64,000 nucleotides of DNA from an uncultured Planctomycetia bacterium (GCA_964629655.1 CAZVQU010000002.1:443-64442), one strand, 5' to 3'; shown: positions 17,440 to 28,310, counted from the stretch's first letter. Notes: a model not told the origin generated them from the letters alone. Program-made: numbers and translations.

Positions 17440-17810
17440 TATAGAGGGTCCCCAGGGGCTTAAGCCACCTTTATCACAATAATTATATCACAAATCCTGC
17501 AAATTATCAATTCCGATAGTAAGTGGTTACGAAACTGGAATTTGGTGTCTATAGTAAATTGACAAAACTATGCATAAGGAGTAGATTGTTTAATGGAAAG
17601 GGGATATTTTCTCACATACAACCCGCGACCCATCAGTTAGTTACGACTAGACAACCATAGAGTGCTTAAAGGCGTTTTCAATAGTTCCTTTACCAACATC
17701 TAGCCTTTTAGCGATTTCCTTGGTGGAGAGATCTAAAGGGCACAATTGTATTGCTTTTCGGGTTAATTTTTGTTATAAAGAGTTGTTTCGCGGAGTTGGA
17801 GATTAATCAA

Positions 17811-18206
17811 ATGAAAACTTTACTTTTAGCGATTGTAATAATTTCGCTGTTAGGCATATCTGTTTATGCGGAAGAATCAGTTAAAAATACCCAATTGGAC
17901 GAATTTATCGATATGCTTAATGTTAATTGGTATTTCAAGGGGTACGATACATCATATAAGGATTGGACTCCGTTATTAGCAAAGACAGATGGAGAACCTG
18001 TGGTATATTACGATAGTAACCTTTTTCTTATGGCATATACAAGGGAATTAGAGAAAAAATACAATGTAAAAATTGACTGTAATAATATGGCGCTTAAAGA
18101 GATTAACGAATACCTCGCTAAGCGGGCAGAAAAAGACGGCCATGATATTCTTGTAACTACTGTGATTGAAGATTTTTATTTCGAGAGAGGCCTTTTGCGT
18201 AAATAA
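17811..18206 (+). CDS. Hypothetical secreted protein
   Basis: Signal peptide MKTLLLA...VYA. Confidence 0.65.
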   Translation: MKTLLLAIVIISLLGISVYAEESVKNTQLDEFIDMLNVNWYFKGYDTSYKDWTPLLAKTDGEPVVYYDSNLFLMAYTRELEKKYNVKIDCNNMALKEINEYLAKRAEKDGHDILVTTVIEDFYFERGLLRK

Positions 18207-18298
18207 GAAGCAAAATTGACCATATGAATATACCTCTTTATCCTTTAAAAAATAAAATTATCCTCATGACTTCTTTCAGAATTCGATAAAATAATCTT

Positions 18299-19423
18299 AT
18301 GAAATTTAGTGAACTTAATTTACCACGAACTATCCTGAGTTCTTTGCAAAAAATAGGGTTTAAGGAGCTTACTCCAATACAGGAAGCAACCTACCCTGTC
18401 ATTTTGACCGGACGTGACCTCTGCGCATTGGCTGAGACCGGTTCGGGTAAGACTGGTGCTTGCGCAATTCCTCTTATCCAGAGAGTCGATTCTAAGAGTA
18501 AAACTATTCAGGGATTGGTGATTGTGCCTACCCGTGAGCTTTGTGTCCAGTACGTCGATGAAATTCACAGAATTGCACTCAAAACCCCAGTTGAAGTTTT
18601 CGCCGCTTACGGTGGTTTTGATAAGTCGATACAAGTAGCCAAAATTAAATACGGGGTGCATATTTTGGTAGCTACTCCCGGCCGGCTCATGGACTTGATG
18701 TATGACGGAGTAGTTGATTTAGTTGACGTAAAATGCGTGATTCTCGATGAGGCTGATCGGCTACTTGAAGATGGTTTCTTAGAGGGTATCGAGTTTATTC
18801 TTTCCTGCATCAGGCATGAGCATCAGACACTTTTGTTTTCAGCCACGATGAACGAGGAGACCAAAAAACTTGCTAACGATTGTCTTAAAAACCCTGAGAA
18901 TATATCGTTGATCAGCAATCGGGCTGTGCCAAAAAGTATCGAGCATAATTTTTCCTATGTTAATCAGGGAATAAAAGAAAAGGTATTTTTTGATTACTTA
19001 CGGCGCGAAAAAGTTAGTCAGGCGATTATTTTCTGCAATACGCGGCATATGGTAGATAAGCTGCATAGGGTTATGCGTAAACATTTTCGTAATGCCGAGT
19101 ATATTCATGCTGGCCTTAACCAGAGCAAGCGTTCTTCGATAGTGCGCCGTTTCCGGGCTAAAAAGATTTATTATTTAATTGCAAGCGATGTTGCTGGTCG
19201 CGGTCTTGATTTTTCCCATGTTTCCCATATAATTAATTGGGATTTTCCTCGTGTTGAGCAATATGCACATCGTACCGGCCGAACTGGCCGTATGGGCAGA
19301 AGGGGCCATGCATTATCTTTGGTAACCAGGCGTGATATTCCTGCTGTGCGGGAAGTGCTGCGTATTACTAAAATTATACCTCATTGGCTTGGCTTGAATC
19401 CATTGAGCCAGCCGTCCCGATAA
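18299..19423 (+). CDS. DEAD-box RNA helicase
   Basis: TPIQ, AETGSGKT, PTREL, TPGR, DEAD, SAT, HRTGRTGR. Confidence 0.95.
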   Translation: MKFSELNLPRTILSSLQKIGFKELTPIQEATYPVILTGRDLCALAETGSGKTGACAIPLIQRVDSKSKTIQGLVIVPTRELCVQYVDEIHRIALKTPVEVFAAYGGFDKSIQVAKIKYGVHILVATPGRLMDLMYDGVVDLVDVKCVILDEADRLLEDGFLEGIEFILSCIRHEHQTLLFSATMNEETKKLANDCLKNPENISLISNRAVPKSIEHNFSYVNQGIKEKVFFDYLRREKVSQAIIFCNTRHMVDKLHRVMRKHFRNAEYIHAGLNQSKRSSIVRRFRAKKIYYLIASDVAGRGLDFSHVSHIINWDFPRVEQYAHRTGRTGRMGRRGHALSLVTRRDIPAVREVLRITKIIPHWLGLNPLSQPSR

Positions 19424-19506
19424 ATTCTTCCAAAAAGCTTAAAGGTCTAAAATTCTTGCCAATAAAGAGCTTTTAGTGTAATATAGTGACCAATAAGGAG
19501 GCAGGG

Positions 19507-20028
19507 ATGAAAATTTTAGATTTGGGATGTGGGAATGCGAAAGAGGAGGGAGCTGTAGGCATAGATTACCATTCTTCTCCTGGCGTAGATGTTGTTCATG
19601 ATTTAGATGTCTATCCCTGGCCGCTGGAGAGTGATTCTTTTGATATGGTTGTCTGTAAGCATATTATTGAGCACTTGAGTAATGTGATTAAAGCCATGGA
19701 AGAAATCCATCGCATACTTAAGAGAGGTGGGGTAGTCAAAATATACACCCCTCATATTTCGAACATTATGTCTTTCAAGGACCCTACCCATAAGTGGCAT
19801 TTTACTTTGGGGTCTTTTGACTACTTCATAAAGGGTTTGCAAGAAAATGAGGTCCCTTATACAGATGTTAGTTTTGAGCTGGTAAAAAAGCAGCTGGTTT
19901 TTACTAACAATTTTTTAACACCTTTAGCAAAAGTTATCTCTAAATTATCCACGAAAACTTATGAGAAGCATTTCTGCCATATATTATCTGCCAAGGAAGT
20001 GCATATAGAAATGCAAGCAATAAAGTAG
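19507..20028 (+). CDS. Class I SAM-dependent methyltransferase
   Basis: LDLGCG, HIIEH, EIHRILKRGG, DPTH. Confidence 0.85.
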   Translation: MKILDLGCGNAKEEGAVGIDYHSSPGVDVVHDLDVYPWPLESDSFDMVVCKHIIEHLSNVIKAMEEIHRILKRGGVVKIYTPHISNIMSFKDPTHKWHFTLGSFDYFIKGLQENEVPYTDVSFELVKKQLVFTNNFLTPLAKVISKLSTKTYEKHFCHILSAKEVHIEMQAIK

Positions 20029-20165
20029 ATTGAGGGGGTAAGTTTAAATTCTTGCGGCAGCCAGTTTTTCTGCTAGTTACAAGCTGGGGAGGAAATTCGT
20101 TTCCAAAAAACTCTTGATTTTACTTTATAATAGCAGTATATATAGCTTAAGAAAAAAGTAATAAT

Positions 20166-21485
20166 ATGGGTAGGCCGCATAGAATTGAATACTTTTCTGT
20201 TTCAAACAAAAAGCTAATAATCTTAGCTTTATGCACATTTGGCCTTTATGGATTGTATTGGAACTATAGAAACTGGAAAGAAATTGAAGATAAAGGTGGC
20301 GAGTCAATATTTCCATTATTAAGAGGCCTTCTAAGTGTCTTATTCTGCTATGGTCTATTTAATAGAATACTTTCATCTGCGCGACTTCATGGCTTTAAAC
20401 CTCGACATTCCGCGGGTATTTTAGCTACTGCATATATTCTAATCGTATTAGCCTTAAGGGCTCCTGGGCCGCTTTGGTTTGTATATCTTCTAAACTTTAT
20501 CCCTTTAATTTATCTCCAAAGAGCCATTGTTGTAAATAACTCGTCCTTAAACCAGAACTATGTAACTAATTCAAAATTTTCAAAAATAGAAATGTTCATA
20601 AGTATTGCCGGGGGTGCGATTGTGGCATTGACAATACTTGCTTCATTCAGGCCAGTCAAGGATGATTTAGTGAAGGAATATTTTAGGAATGGAAATCTTA
20701 AAACCGAAACAGCCTACAGTAATGACATACTTGAGGGTGTGTCCAGGGGGTACTACGAAACTGGTAGCCTGGAGTGGGAGCAAGGCTATGAGAAAGGCAA
20801 AGTAGAGGGTGTAGCTAAAGCTTATTACAGAAATGGACAGATACAGGTCGCTACCAATTTTAGAGAAGGTAAAAAGCACGGGAGGTCTACAGTTTATTAC
20901 GAAGACGGAACTATTGCCCAAGAGATCTTATATAGAAATGATAAAAGAGTCAAAATAAAGGAATACGATGAATTTGGAAATTTGATAACAAAGGATTTAA
21001 AGAAGATTAGGAATGCTCTCGCGCAAGCTGATTCTGGGGATGGATTTAACCTGAAGGAGTCCTTCGAGTTGGTTAATAAAATTAGTGAAGCGGGAAAAAT
21101 TAAAGGTTTATCAAAATACAAACAGCTAGTTTACAATGGTTATGTAGTTCAGCTTTACAAGGAGGCTGTGTCATACTTAGAGAAAGAGACCTATGAGTTA
21201 TGCAAAATAAAATTAGAGGAAATACGCAGAATAACAACTGATAACTTGGAGTTGTTTGGCATTAAGCCTAATGAGTTTAAATCTTTTCTATTAATGATGT
21301 ATCAGGATATGGAAAAATATGAAAATTCTAGCTATCAGATGACTATGGATGAATTTATCAATTTCCGCAGGATATATGCAAGCATAGCAGATGAATATTA
21401 TGAGGATAGCTTTTCGGCTGAAAATATAAAAACGATATTAGATTCATACTTATTTAAGGCATTTCTAGACTTTGCTGTCGAATGA
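20166..21485 (+). CDS. Membrane protein with MORN-variant (YwqK-like) repeats
   Basis: TM N-terminus (TFGLYGLYW.YRNW) followed by YYxxG repeats. Confidence 0.75.
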   Translation: MGRPHRIEYFSVSNKKLIILALCTFGLYGLYWNYRNWKEIEDKGGESIFPLLRGLLSVLFCYGLFNRILSSARLHGFKPRHSAGILATAYILIVLALRAPGPLWFVYLLNFIPLIYLQRAIVVNNSSLNQNYVTNSKFSKIEMFISIAGGAIVALTILASFRPVKDDLVKEYFRNGNLKTETAYSNDILEGVSRGYYETGSLEWEQGYEKGKVEGVAKAYYRNGQIQVATNFREGKKHGRSTVYYEDGTIAQEILYRNDKRVKIKEYDEFGNLITKDLKKIRNALAQADSGDGFNLKESFELVNKISEAGKIKGLSKYKQLVYNGYVVQLYKEAVSYLEKETYELCKIKLEEIRRITTDNLELFGIKPNEFKSFLLMMYQDMEKYENSSYQMTMDEFINFRRIYASIADEYYEDSFSAENIKTILDSYLFKAFLDFAVE

Positions 21486-21512
21486 AAAAACTGAAAAGGA
21501 AGATAGATTAAG

Positions 21513-24188
21513 ATGAAAGTCGGTGACATTGGTATAAAGTGGCAGCTGATTTCAATAGCCATTCTTTTAGTTACCCTACCGGTCATTATATTGGGTGTGA
21601 TGAGCTATAACAGTGCGAAAAGAGGTATATTATATAATATCGAGAATGCGTTAAAGATCCAATGTTCAGATTGGTTAATTACTACTGAGACATACTATGA
21701 TTTGATTCAAAAGAATAAACGTTCTGCTGATGATAGAACCAGAGATATTGTAACTTCTCAAGCCATGGGAGTTTCAGAGCTGATACTTACCCATTTCGAA
21801 AAAGACACGACAACTATTGCCTTAAAAGAGCCTTTGCTCCGAGCAAAAAAGTATGAAAAAAATATGCTTCTTTATGGTTTCACTACAGATGAATTTGATT
21901 CCTATGTTGAAAAATTCGACTTAGCTGTTGGGGATATGGAAAAAACTATCGTGGAAGCAGATTCTATCGGTTTCGATACTGAGTCCATAAGGGGAGCATT
22001 AGAAGAATACATGGATCAAATGAATTTAGTAAAGTCTCGGCAAAGGGTAGAGACCGCAGGAGATCGGATAGATGGGGCGGTAAGGCTAGCCGGTGATAAA
22101 TTAGAGGCAGAATTTAGTAAAATAGCAAATAAATTGTCGGATGAAAGATTAAAAGAGCTGTTAGCGTCGACGGTTATAGGCAAGAATGGCTATATTTACA
22201 TAGTTGACTATAAGGGTAATTATATCCTTTCCAAGCAACGAGATATGGACGGAAAGAATATTTGGTATGTGCAGGACAGTCAGGGGAGATTTTTTATTCA
22301 GGATATTATTGCCAAAGGCAAGGCCTTAGGGGCTGGCGAGATTGATTACGATAGCTATACCTATAGCGATACCGGTGAAGATCAGGCTAAGGAGAAATTT
22401 GTTGCGGTAATGCGTATTCCTAATAAAGAATGGGTTGTTGGGGTAGCTATTTATCCTGAAGATTTACTAGAAGTCCATTTCGAAGAGACAAAAAAGGAAG
22501 AATTAAAGAATTTGATGGCAGAACAAAAATTAGGCCAAACAGGATATCTATATATTATCGGTGCCCGGGGAGAAAATAAAGGCCGTTACATTTTATCGAA
22601 AGACAGGAAAAGGGATCAAGAGGACATTTCTCAAATAGAAGATTCGGATGGGAACCTGTTCATCGAGGAAATAATTGCCGAAGCACCTTTATTGGAAAAG
22701 GGTGAACGTGGGGTAAGGTATTATCGATGGAAGGATAAACAGAAATCGTCATCGAGGTTGAGGATGATGACTTATGTTTATTTCAAGCCCTGGGATTGGG
22801 TTATGGGTACCTCTGTTTACTTAGACGAGTTTTTAAAGGAAATAAATCGCATAAAGAATCTGATAATTTTTGTTTGCCTCATAGCAATAGTTTTAGGCTC
22901 AGCTATGGCCTATTTATTTACATCAGCAATGACAACTACCTTTAGCAAGCTAGTTAATAAGATGAATGTCGTTGCTAAGGGAAATCTAGATGTAAACATG
23001 GAAGATGTCGAAGCTGTAGATAACAAGAATGAGATTGGACAACTGGCGAATGCTTTTAAGCAGATGACCAATAATTTGAAACAAACTACCGTTTCCAAAG
23101 ATTACGTTGATAACATTTTTGCGAATATGAACGATGCTTTGTTGGTGATTGATAAAACTGAAAAAATCAAAACAATTAATGACGCTGTTTGTGATCTGTT
23201 AGGTTACGATAAAAGTGAGATGTTGAAATATCCGATTGATGATTTCTTCCCATCGGGAACCGAGGCAGAAAGCCTAAAAAGCATTATCTCTAGGATTTTT
23301 CAAGGTGAAATTGTCGCAAATCATGAGATAGAGCTTAAAAATAAGGAAGGTGCTTCTATCGCGGTAAGTTTCAATGGTGCACCATTTAAAAATTCTGAAG
23401 GTGAGATCACCAGTGTTATTTTAGCCGTAAGAGACATCAGGGAGCTAAAAAAAGCAAGGCAAAAGCTTGAAGAAAAGATTGTTGAAGTTCAGCGGTCTAA
23501 TAAAGAGTTAGACGATTTTACTTATGTAGTTTCGCATGATTTAAAAGAGCCATTGCGTGGTATTGAGGCATTTAGCGCGTTCTTAAGTGATAAGTACAAT
23601 GATAAATTAAATAAAGAGGGAAATCGCTATGTTGAAGTTATACAAAAATCTGCACAGAAGATGCAAACTTTAATAAAAGATCTCCTAGAACTCTCTCGGA
23701 TAAGCCGCCGGAAAAAGCCCTACGAAGACGTAGATTTGAATATGCTCTTAGCAGATATAAGAGAAGACCTCACCCTGCGCTTAAAGGAAAGGAATGTTAA
23801 CCTTAAAATTCTGGATCTTCCGACTATTAAGTATGAAAGAATCAGGATAACCCAGCTTTTTACAAACTTAATTACCAACGCTATCAAATACAATGATAAA
23901 GAAGAGCCGGTAGTAGAGGTGGGTTGTGAGTATTCTACTGATAAAGAGTCAAAGTGTTATGTAAGAGATAACGGTAAAGGGATTGCTAAAGAATCTCAAA
24001 AAAAAGTATTTGATTTATTTCAACGACTAGAGGGAGAAACACAAAAAGGTAGTGGTGCGGGCTTGACTATCTGCAAAAAAATTGTAGAGGCGCACGGCGG
24101 AACTGTCTGGGTTGAGTCAGAGTTGGGTAAAGGCAGCACTTTTTATTTTACAATCCCTAAACAGATAAAAACTGATGAAAAGGCCTAA
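21513..24188 (+). CDS. Sensor histidine kinase (Cache x2-HAMP-PAS-HisKA-HATPase)
   Basis: GYIYIVD/GYLYII Cache motifs, NEIGQLA, VSHDLKEPL, DNGKG, GAGL. Confidence 0.93.
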   Translation: MKVGDIGIKWQLISIAILLVTLPVIILGVMSYNSAKRGILYNIENALKIQCSDWLITTETYYDLIQKNKRSADDRTRDIVTSQAMGVSELILTHFEKDTTTIALKEPLLRAKKYEKNMLLYGFTTDEFDSYVEKFDLAVGDMEKTIVEADSIGFDTESIRGALEEYMDQMNLVKSRQRVETAGDRIDGAVRLAGDKLEAEFSKIANKLSDERLKELLASTVIGKNGYIYIVDYKGNYILSKQRDMDGKNIWYVQDSQGRFFIQDIIAKGKALGAGEIDYDSYTYSDTGEDQAKEKFVAVMRIPNKEWVVGVAIYPEDLLEVHFEETKKEELKNLMAEQKLGQTGYLYIIGARGENKGRYILSKDRKRDQEDISQIEDSDGNLFIEEIIAEAPLLEKGERGVRYYRWKDKQKSSSRLRMMTYVYFKPWDWVMGTSVYLDEFLKEINRIKNLIIFVCLIAIVLGSAMAYLFTSAMTTTFSKLVNKMNVVAKGNLDVNMEDVEAVDNKNEIGQLANAFKQMTNNLKQTTVSKDYVDNIFANMNDALLVIDKTEKIKTINDAVCDLLGYDKSEMLKYPIDDFFPSGTEAESLKSIISRIFQGEIVANHEIELKNKEGASIAVSFNGAPFKNSEGEITSVILAVRDIRELKKARQKLEEKIVEVQRSNKELDDFTYVVSHDLKEPLRGIEAFSAFLSDKYNDKLNKEGNRYVEVIQKSAQKMQTLIKDLLELSRISRRKKPYEDVDLNMLLADIREDLTLRLKERNVNLKILDLPTIKYERIRITQLFTNLITNAIKYNDKEEPVVEVGCEYSTDKESKCYVRDNGKGIAKESQKKVFDLFQRLEGETQKGSGAGLTICKKIVEAHGGTVWVESELGKGSTFYFTIPKQIKTDEKA

Positions 24189-24191
24189 ATA

Positions 24192-25385
24192 ATGAAAAAG
24201 AAATTAAAAATAATTATTGTAGATGACAGCTCTACCGATAGAGAGATAACTATGGAGTCGCTTAAGTCGGTTGAAGAGTTTGACATGGAGATGGATACTG
24301 CTCCATCGGGAATGGAGGGTTTAGAAAAGATAGGTAAAAACAGGTTTGATCTAATTATTTTAGACTACAGGATGCCGGGTATGAGCGGATTGGATTTTAT
24401 GAATAAGCTTGGTGAAAAGAAGATAGATATACCAGTAATAATGGCTACAGGAGAGAGCGATACGAGGATAGCCGTAGAAGTGATGAAGACAGGTGCCTAC
24501 GATTATGTATCTAAAGATGAGATTTTTAAAGGAGGCATGTCCTTAGTCCTTAAAAGAACTATTGAAAGATACGAAGAGAAGAAAGAAAGGCAGCGTTTAG
24601 AGGTTGAAACTAAAAAGTACGCCCAGAAACTTGAAAAGGCGAATGCGCAGCTTAAAAAACTTGATCAGATGAAAGACGACTTTGTTTCAATGGTTTCTCA
24701 TGAATTACGTACGCCGTTAACCATAATGAAAGAATTTACTTCTATTATCTCGGATGAAATACCGGGTGAGCTTACCAAAGATCAAAGAGAATACGTGGAC
24801 ATTATTACAGCAAATATAGATCGTTTAGCTCGATTGATCAATGATCTTTTGGATATTTCTAAAATTGAGGCCGGAAGAGAGGAGATAAAAAGGACATCCA
24901 CTGATATAGTTAAATTAGTCAAAGATGTGGTTGGTACGTTGAAGACGGGAGTTGATGAAAAACATATTGAGCTTAAGACTTTATTCCGCGTTCCAACTCC
25001 ATCTGTCTATGTTGATCCTGACAGGATAATTCAAATTTTTACTAATTTACTGGGAAATGCTATTAAGTTTACACCGGAAGGGGGCCAAATTACAGTCACA
25101 ATAATCGATTCAGGCAAGGAGTTAGAGTGCAGCGTTGCTGATACAGGCATAGGTATTGCGCCGGAAAACATTGATAAAGTATTTGATAAGTTCCAACAAT
25201 TTGGTCGGGTAAACGGCGCCGGAACAAAGGGAACTGGCTTGGGGCTGGCCATAAGCAAAGAGTTAGTCCAGAAGCATGAGGGTAAAATTTGGGTAGAGTC
25301 AAAAGGAGGTGAAGGAAGTAAGTTTATCTTTACTTTGCCTAAACATAGTGCCGAGCCACCTTTTAGCAATAAGGAGCGTAGATGA
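24192..25385 (+). CDS. Hybrid REC-histidine kinase
   Basis: N-terminal REC domain; SHELRTPL, NAIKF, DTGIG, GTGLGL. Confidence 0.93.
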   Translation: MKKKLKIIIVDDSSTDREITMESLKSVEEFDMEMDTAPSGMEGLEKIGKNRFDLIILDYRMPGMSGLDFMNKLGEKKIDIPVIMATGESDTRIAVEVMKTGAYDYVSKDEIFKGGMSLVLKRTIERYEEKKERQRLEVETKKYAQKLEKANAQLKKLDQMKDDFVSMVSHELRTPLTIMKEFTSIISDEIPGELTKDQREYVDIITANIDRLARLINDLLDISKIEAGREEIKRTSTDIVKLVKDVVGTLKTGVDEKHIELKTLFRVPTPSVYVDPDRIIQIFTNLLGNAIKFTPEGGQITVTIIDSGKELECSVADTGIGIAPENIDKVFDKFQQFGRVNGAGTKGTGLGLAISKELVQKHEGKIWVESKGGEGSKFIFTLPKHSAEPPFSNKERR

Positions 25386-25744
25386 AAAAAAGAATTTTAG
25401 TAGTGGACGACGAAGTAGAACTTGTTAAAGCAATACGGGTTAGGCTTGAACACGTTGGCTATGAAGTTTCAGTTGCCTATGATGGTCCCGAGGGCTTAGA
25501 AAAGTCTAAACTAGAAAAACCGGATTTAATTCTTTTGGATGTGATGATGCCCGGCCTGGATGGATTTGAGGTATTAAGTAGGCTAAGAGCCAATCCGGAG
25601 ACTCAACATGTGCCAGTAATAATGCTTACTGCAAAAGGCGATACAGAGTCTATGTTTAAAGCACACGATCTAGGCTCAACAGATTATTTTATTAAACCAT
25701 TTGATACAAAAGAACTGTTAGATTTTATTGAAAGATATGTTTAA
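25382..25744 (+). CDS. Single-domain response regulator
   Basis: REC motifs. Confidence 0.93.
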   Translation: MKKRILVVDDEVELVKAIRVRLEHVGYEVSVAYDGPEGLEKSKLEKPDLILLDVMMPGLDGFEVLSRLRANPETQHVPVIMLTAKGDTESMFKAHDLGSTDYFIKPFDTKELLDFIERYV

Positions 25745-25768
25745 TTTGTACCGAAGGAGAATGTTGCA

Positions 25769-26143
25769 ATGGTAAGGAAAAGGATATTGGTGGTTGAAGA
25801 TGAGCGCGAACTGGTTAAGGCTTTACAGATTAGGTTAGAGGCGGCTGGATATGACGTCCTGGCTGCTTACGATGGTCAAGAAGGATTGGCCAAGGCACAA
25901 AACGAGGAGCCGGATTTGATCATTCTGGACTTAATGCTACCCAAATTAGACGGATATAAGGTTTGCCGGATGCTTAAGTTCGACGATAAGTACAAGAAAA
26001 TTCCGATTATAATGTTAAGTGCAAGAGCCCAGGAGTCAGATAAAAAGACCGGTTATGAAACCGGCGCCGACGCCTACATCACTAAGCCATTTCAGCACAC
26101 GATTGTACTGGCTAAAATAAAAGAATTACTCCTTGAAGAATAA
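25769..26143 (+). CDS. Single-domain response regulator
   Basis: REC motifs. Confidence 0.93.
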   Translation: MVRKRILVVEDERELVKALQIRLEAAGYDVLAAYDGQEGLAKAQNEEPDLIILDLMLPKLDGYKVCRMLKFDDKYKKIPIIMLSARAQESDKKTGYETGADAYITKPFQHTIVLAKIKELLLEE

Positions 26144-26160
26144 CTAATGAAAAGAATCCA

Positions 26161-26580
26161 ATGGCTAAGGTAAATAAGCCTAAGCAGGAAGCATTGTTGG
26201 AGAAAATGCATGAGTTGAAGGTTTATGAAAAAGACATTATTGAAAAGTTTATCCGTTCTCAAGGCAAAGGTGGGCAAAAGGTTAACAAGACATCTTCCTG
26301 TGTGTATTTAAAGCATAAACCAAGCGGAATTGAAGTAAAGTGTCAGAGGGAGCGTTCCCAAGCCCTAAATAGATTCCTGGCCAGAAGAATCTTAGTTAAT
26401 AAAATTGAAACCCTTGTTAAAGGAGAGGTTTCTGCTGAACAAAAAAGAATCGAGAAAATAAGACGCCAAAAGCGCAAGCGTTCAAAGCGAGCAAAGGAAA
26501 AAATGCTAAGAGATAAGGCAAAAAGAAGCCAAAAGAAAGAGCAACGTTCCTATCGGCCTTCAACCGATCATTTAATTTGA
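26161..26580 (+). CDS. Peptidyl-tRNA hydrolase, release-factor-like (ArfB/YaeJ-like)
   Basis: GKGGQKVNKT, CQRERSQALNR, basic C-terminal tail. Confidence 0.85.
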   Translation: MAKVNKPKQEALLEKMHELKVYEKDIIEKFIRSQGKGGQKVNKTSSCVYLKHKPSGIEVKCQRERSQALNRFLARRILVNKIETLVKGEVSAEQKRIEKIRRQKRKRSKRAKEKMLRDKAKRSQKKEQRSYRPSTDHLI

Positions 26581-26638
26581 ACTCTCTCTAAAATCTGATA
26601 CAATATTTCTACCTGGAGACTGAAAAAGGAGCAAATAT

Positions 26639-27019
26639 ATGGGCAAGGACAAGATCGATCGGCGAAGATTCTTAAGAATAAAATTTCCTTTCACTATACA
26701 TCTTTATCCCATTGGAGAACAACCAATTTCTGCTTATGCCGAAGACATTAGCACTGGCGGAGTTAAAGTTACGATTCATCAAGATCTCAAGGTTTCTTCC
26801 TTGGTTGGTTTAGAGATTTACGTTAAGTTAAGACCAGTAGTCTGTGAAGGGAAAATTACCTGGATAAATAGACGCGAGAGTGATTTTCTCGAGGGCGAAA
26901 TTTTCTTTGATACCGGAATAGAGTTTCAAGGATTAAAGCCCGAGGGGGAAGAGGCTATTAAAGAGCGTTTGGATAGGATAATACAAGAGAGAAGGGCAAA
27001 GGAAGAGACTAGGGTTTAA
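26639..27019 (+). CDS. PilZ-domain protein
   Basis: RRxxR (DRRRFLR) and DISTGG motifs. Confidence 0.88.
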   Translation: MGKDKIDRRRFLRIKFPFTIHLYPIGEQPISAYAEDISTGGVKVTIHQDLKVSSLVGLEIYVKLRPVVCEGKITWINRRESDFLEGEIFFDTGIEFQGLKPEGEEAIKERLDRIIQERRAKEETRV

Positions 27020-27095
27020 CCTTTGCCTCGAAGATCGCTAAAAAACACTACTACCTTATAATAGACCCTTCCAAATTTACCAAAATGTGTAAATT

Positions 27096-28019
27096 ATGAA
27101 AAAATTAAAGAGCGAGTTAACCTGGTCGTTTTCTCGGGACCGTTTATTTAATGAGTGCCGGAGGGCATATTTTTACCACTACTATGCCTCTTGGGGTGGA
27201 TGGGAAGCCCAGGCAAATACGTTTTGCCGCAAGGCTTATATTCTAAAAAATGTACGCAGCATTGATGCTTGGATAGGTGATATCGTCCATCAGGTTATTA
27301 AGTGGATTTTGGAAAGTAGAGTCGGGGACAGTACAACTCTTTTTAAAGAGGGCCGAGATATCTCCCATGACCAAGCAGTAAAGACGGCAAAAAATCTCTT
27401 AACCAAGACATGGGAACAATCTCGTGGCAAGAAGTGGGAGGAAAATGTTAAACAAAATCTTAATTTATTTGAGCATTATTATGGTCATGAGCCCAATCGG
27501 GAGCAGTTAAAGATAAAGTTAGAAAAGGTAGCTAATAGTATCAGGAATTTCTATAAATCAGGATTAGCTGAGAAGTTTTCGAAATTATCAGTCGAGAATT
27601 TTCTAAGCATTGATAATTTAGATAGTTTTGATTTTGAAGGGACAAGAGCATTTGCAATTCCTGATTTTGCGATACGCGAGGATAATAATTATTTGCTTTA
27701 CGACTGGAAGACCGGTAAAAGAAATGAAAAAGACACCTTACAACTCTCCTGCTACTCACTTTACGCTATCAAGAAATGGCAAGTATCTGAAAAACAAATC
27801 AAAATAATTCCGGCATATCTGGCCCAGGATGAATTTTTGCCTTCATCAGTCGAAGCGATAGCCCCGGAGCAAATAAAAGACTACATTCGTAAGAGTATAG
27901 AGAGAATGAGGAATATTTTGGTGGATGTTAAGAGTAACAAGGCTGATGTTAACAATTGTCCCAAGACCGAGGATGCAAGGCATTGCCAGAGGTGTAAATT
28001 CCAAGAAATCTGCTCTTGA
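27096..28019 (+). CDS. PD-(D/E)XK nuclease, RecB/Cas4-like
   Basis: WSFSR...C, PDF...DWKTG, QLxxY, CxxCxxxxxC. Confidence 0.85.
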   Translation: MKKLKSELTWSFSRDRLFNECRRAYFYHYYASWGGWEAQANTFCRKAYILKNVRSIDAWIGDIVHQVIKWILESRVGDSTTLFKEGRDISHDQAVKTAKNLLTKTWEQSRGKKWEENVKQNLNLFEHYYGHEPNREQLKIKLEKVANSIRNFYKSGLAEKFSKLSVENFLSIDNLDSFDFEGTRAFAIPDFAIREDNNYLLYDWKTGKRNEKDTLQLSCYSLYAIKKWQVSEKQIKIIPAYLAQDEFLPSSVEAIAPEQIKDYIRKSIERMRNILVDVKSNKADVNNCPKTEDARHCQRCKFQEICS

Positions 28020-28034
28020 AAAGTCGACAATAAT

Positions 28035-28108
28035 GCGCCTGTAGCTCAATTGGATAGAGCATCTGGCTTCGGACCAGAGGGTTGCGGGTTCGAGTCCTGC
28101 CAGGCGCA
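28035..28108 (+). tRNA. tRNA-Arg(TCG)
   Basis: gcgcctg/caggcgc acceptor; tctgg-ct-tcg-ga-ccaga anticodon arm. Confidence 0.93.
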
Positions 28109-28264
28109 AATTATCCCTGTAGATAATTTCTCCTGATTTTTTCATGGACGTCAACCCCCACCCAGCCAGTCTGCATTAATTTTCTTGCCAAAATGCTTAT
28201 GTAGGGTATCATTATATTCATAATCACAAAGGTCTAGACATGAAAGAAACAGGTTAAAATTATA

Positions 28265-28295
28265 GGGCAACTCTCATAACGGGGGTTGCTTTTTT
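28265..28295 (+). terminator. Intrinsic terminator-like hairpin
   Basis: gcaactctc...gggggttgc followed by tttttt. Confidence 0.5.
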
Positions 28296-28310
28296 GTCAA
28301 AGGAGGGTGC

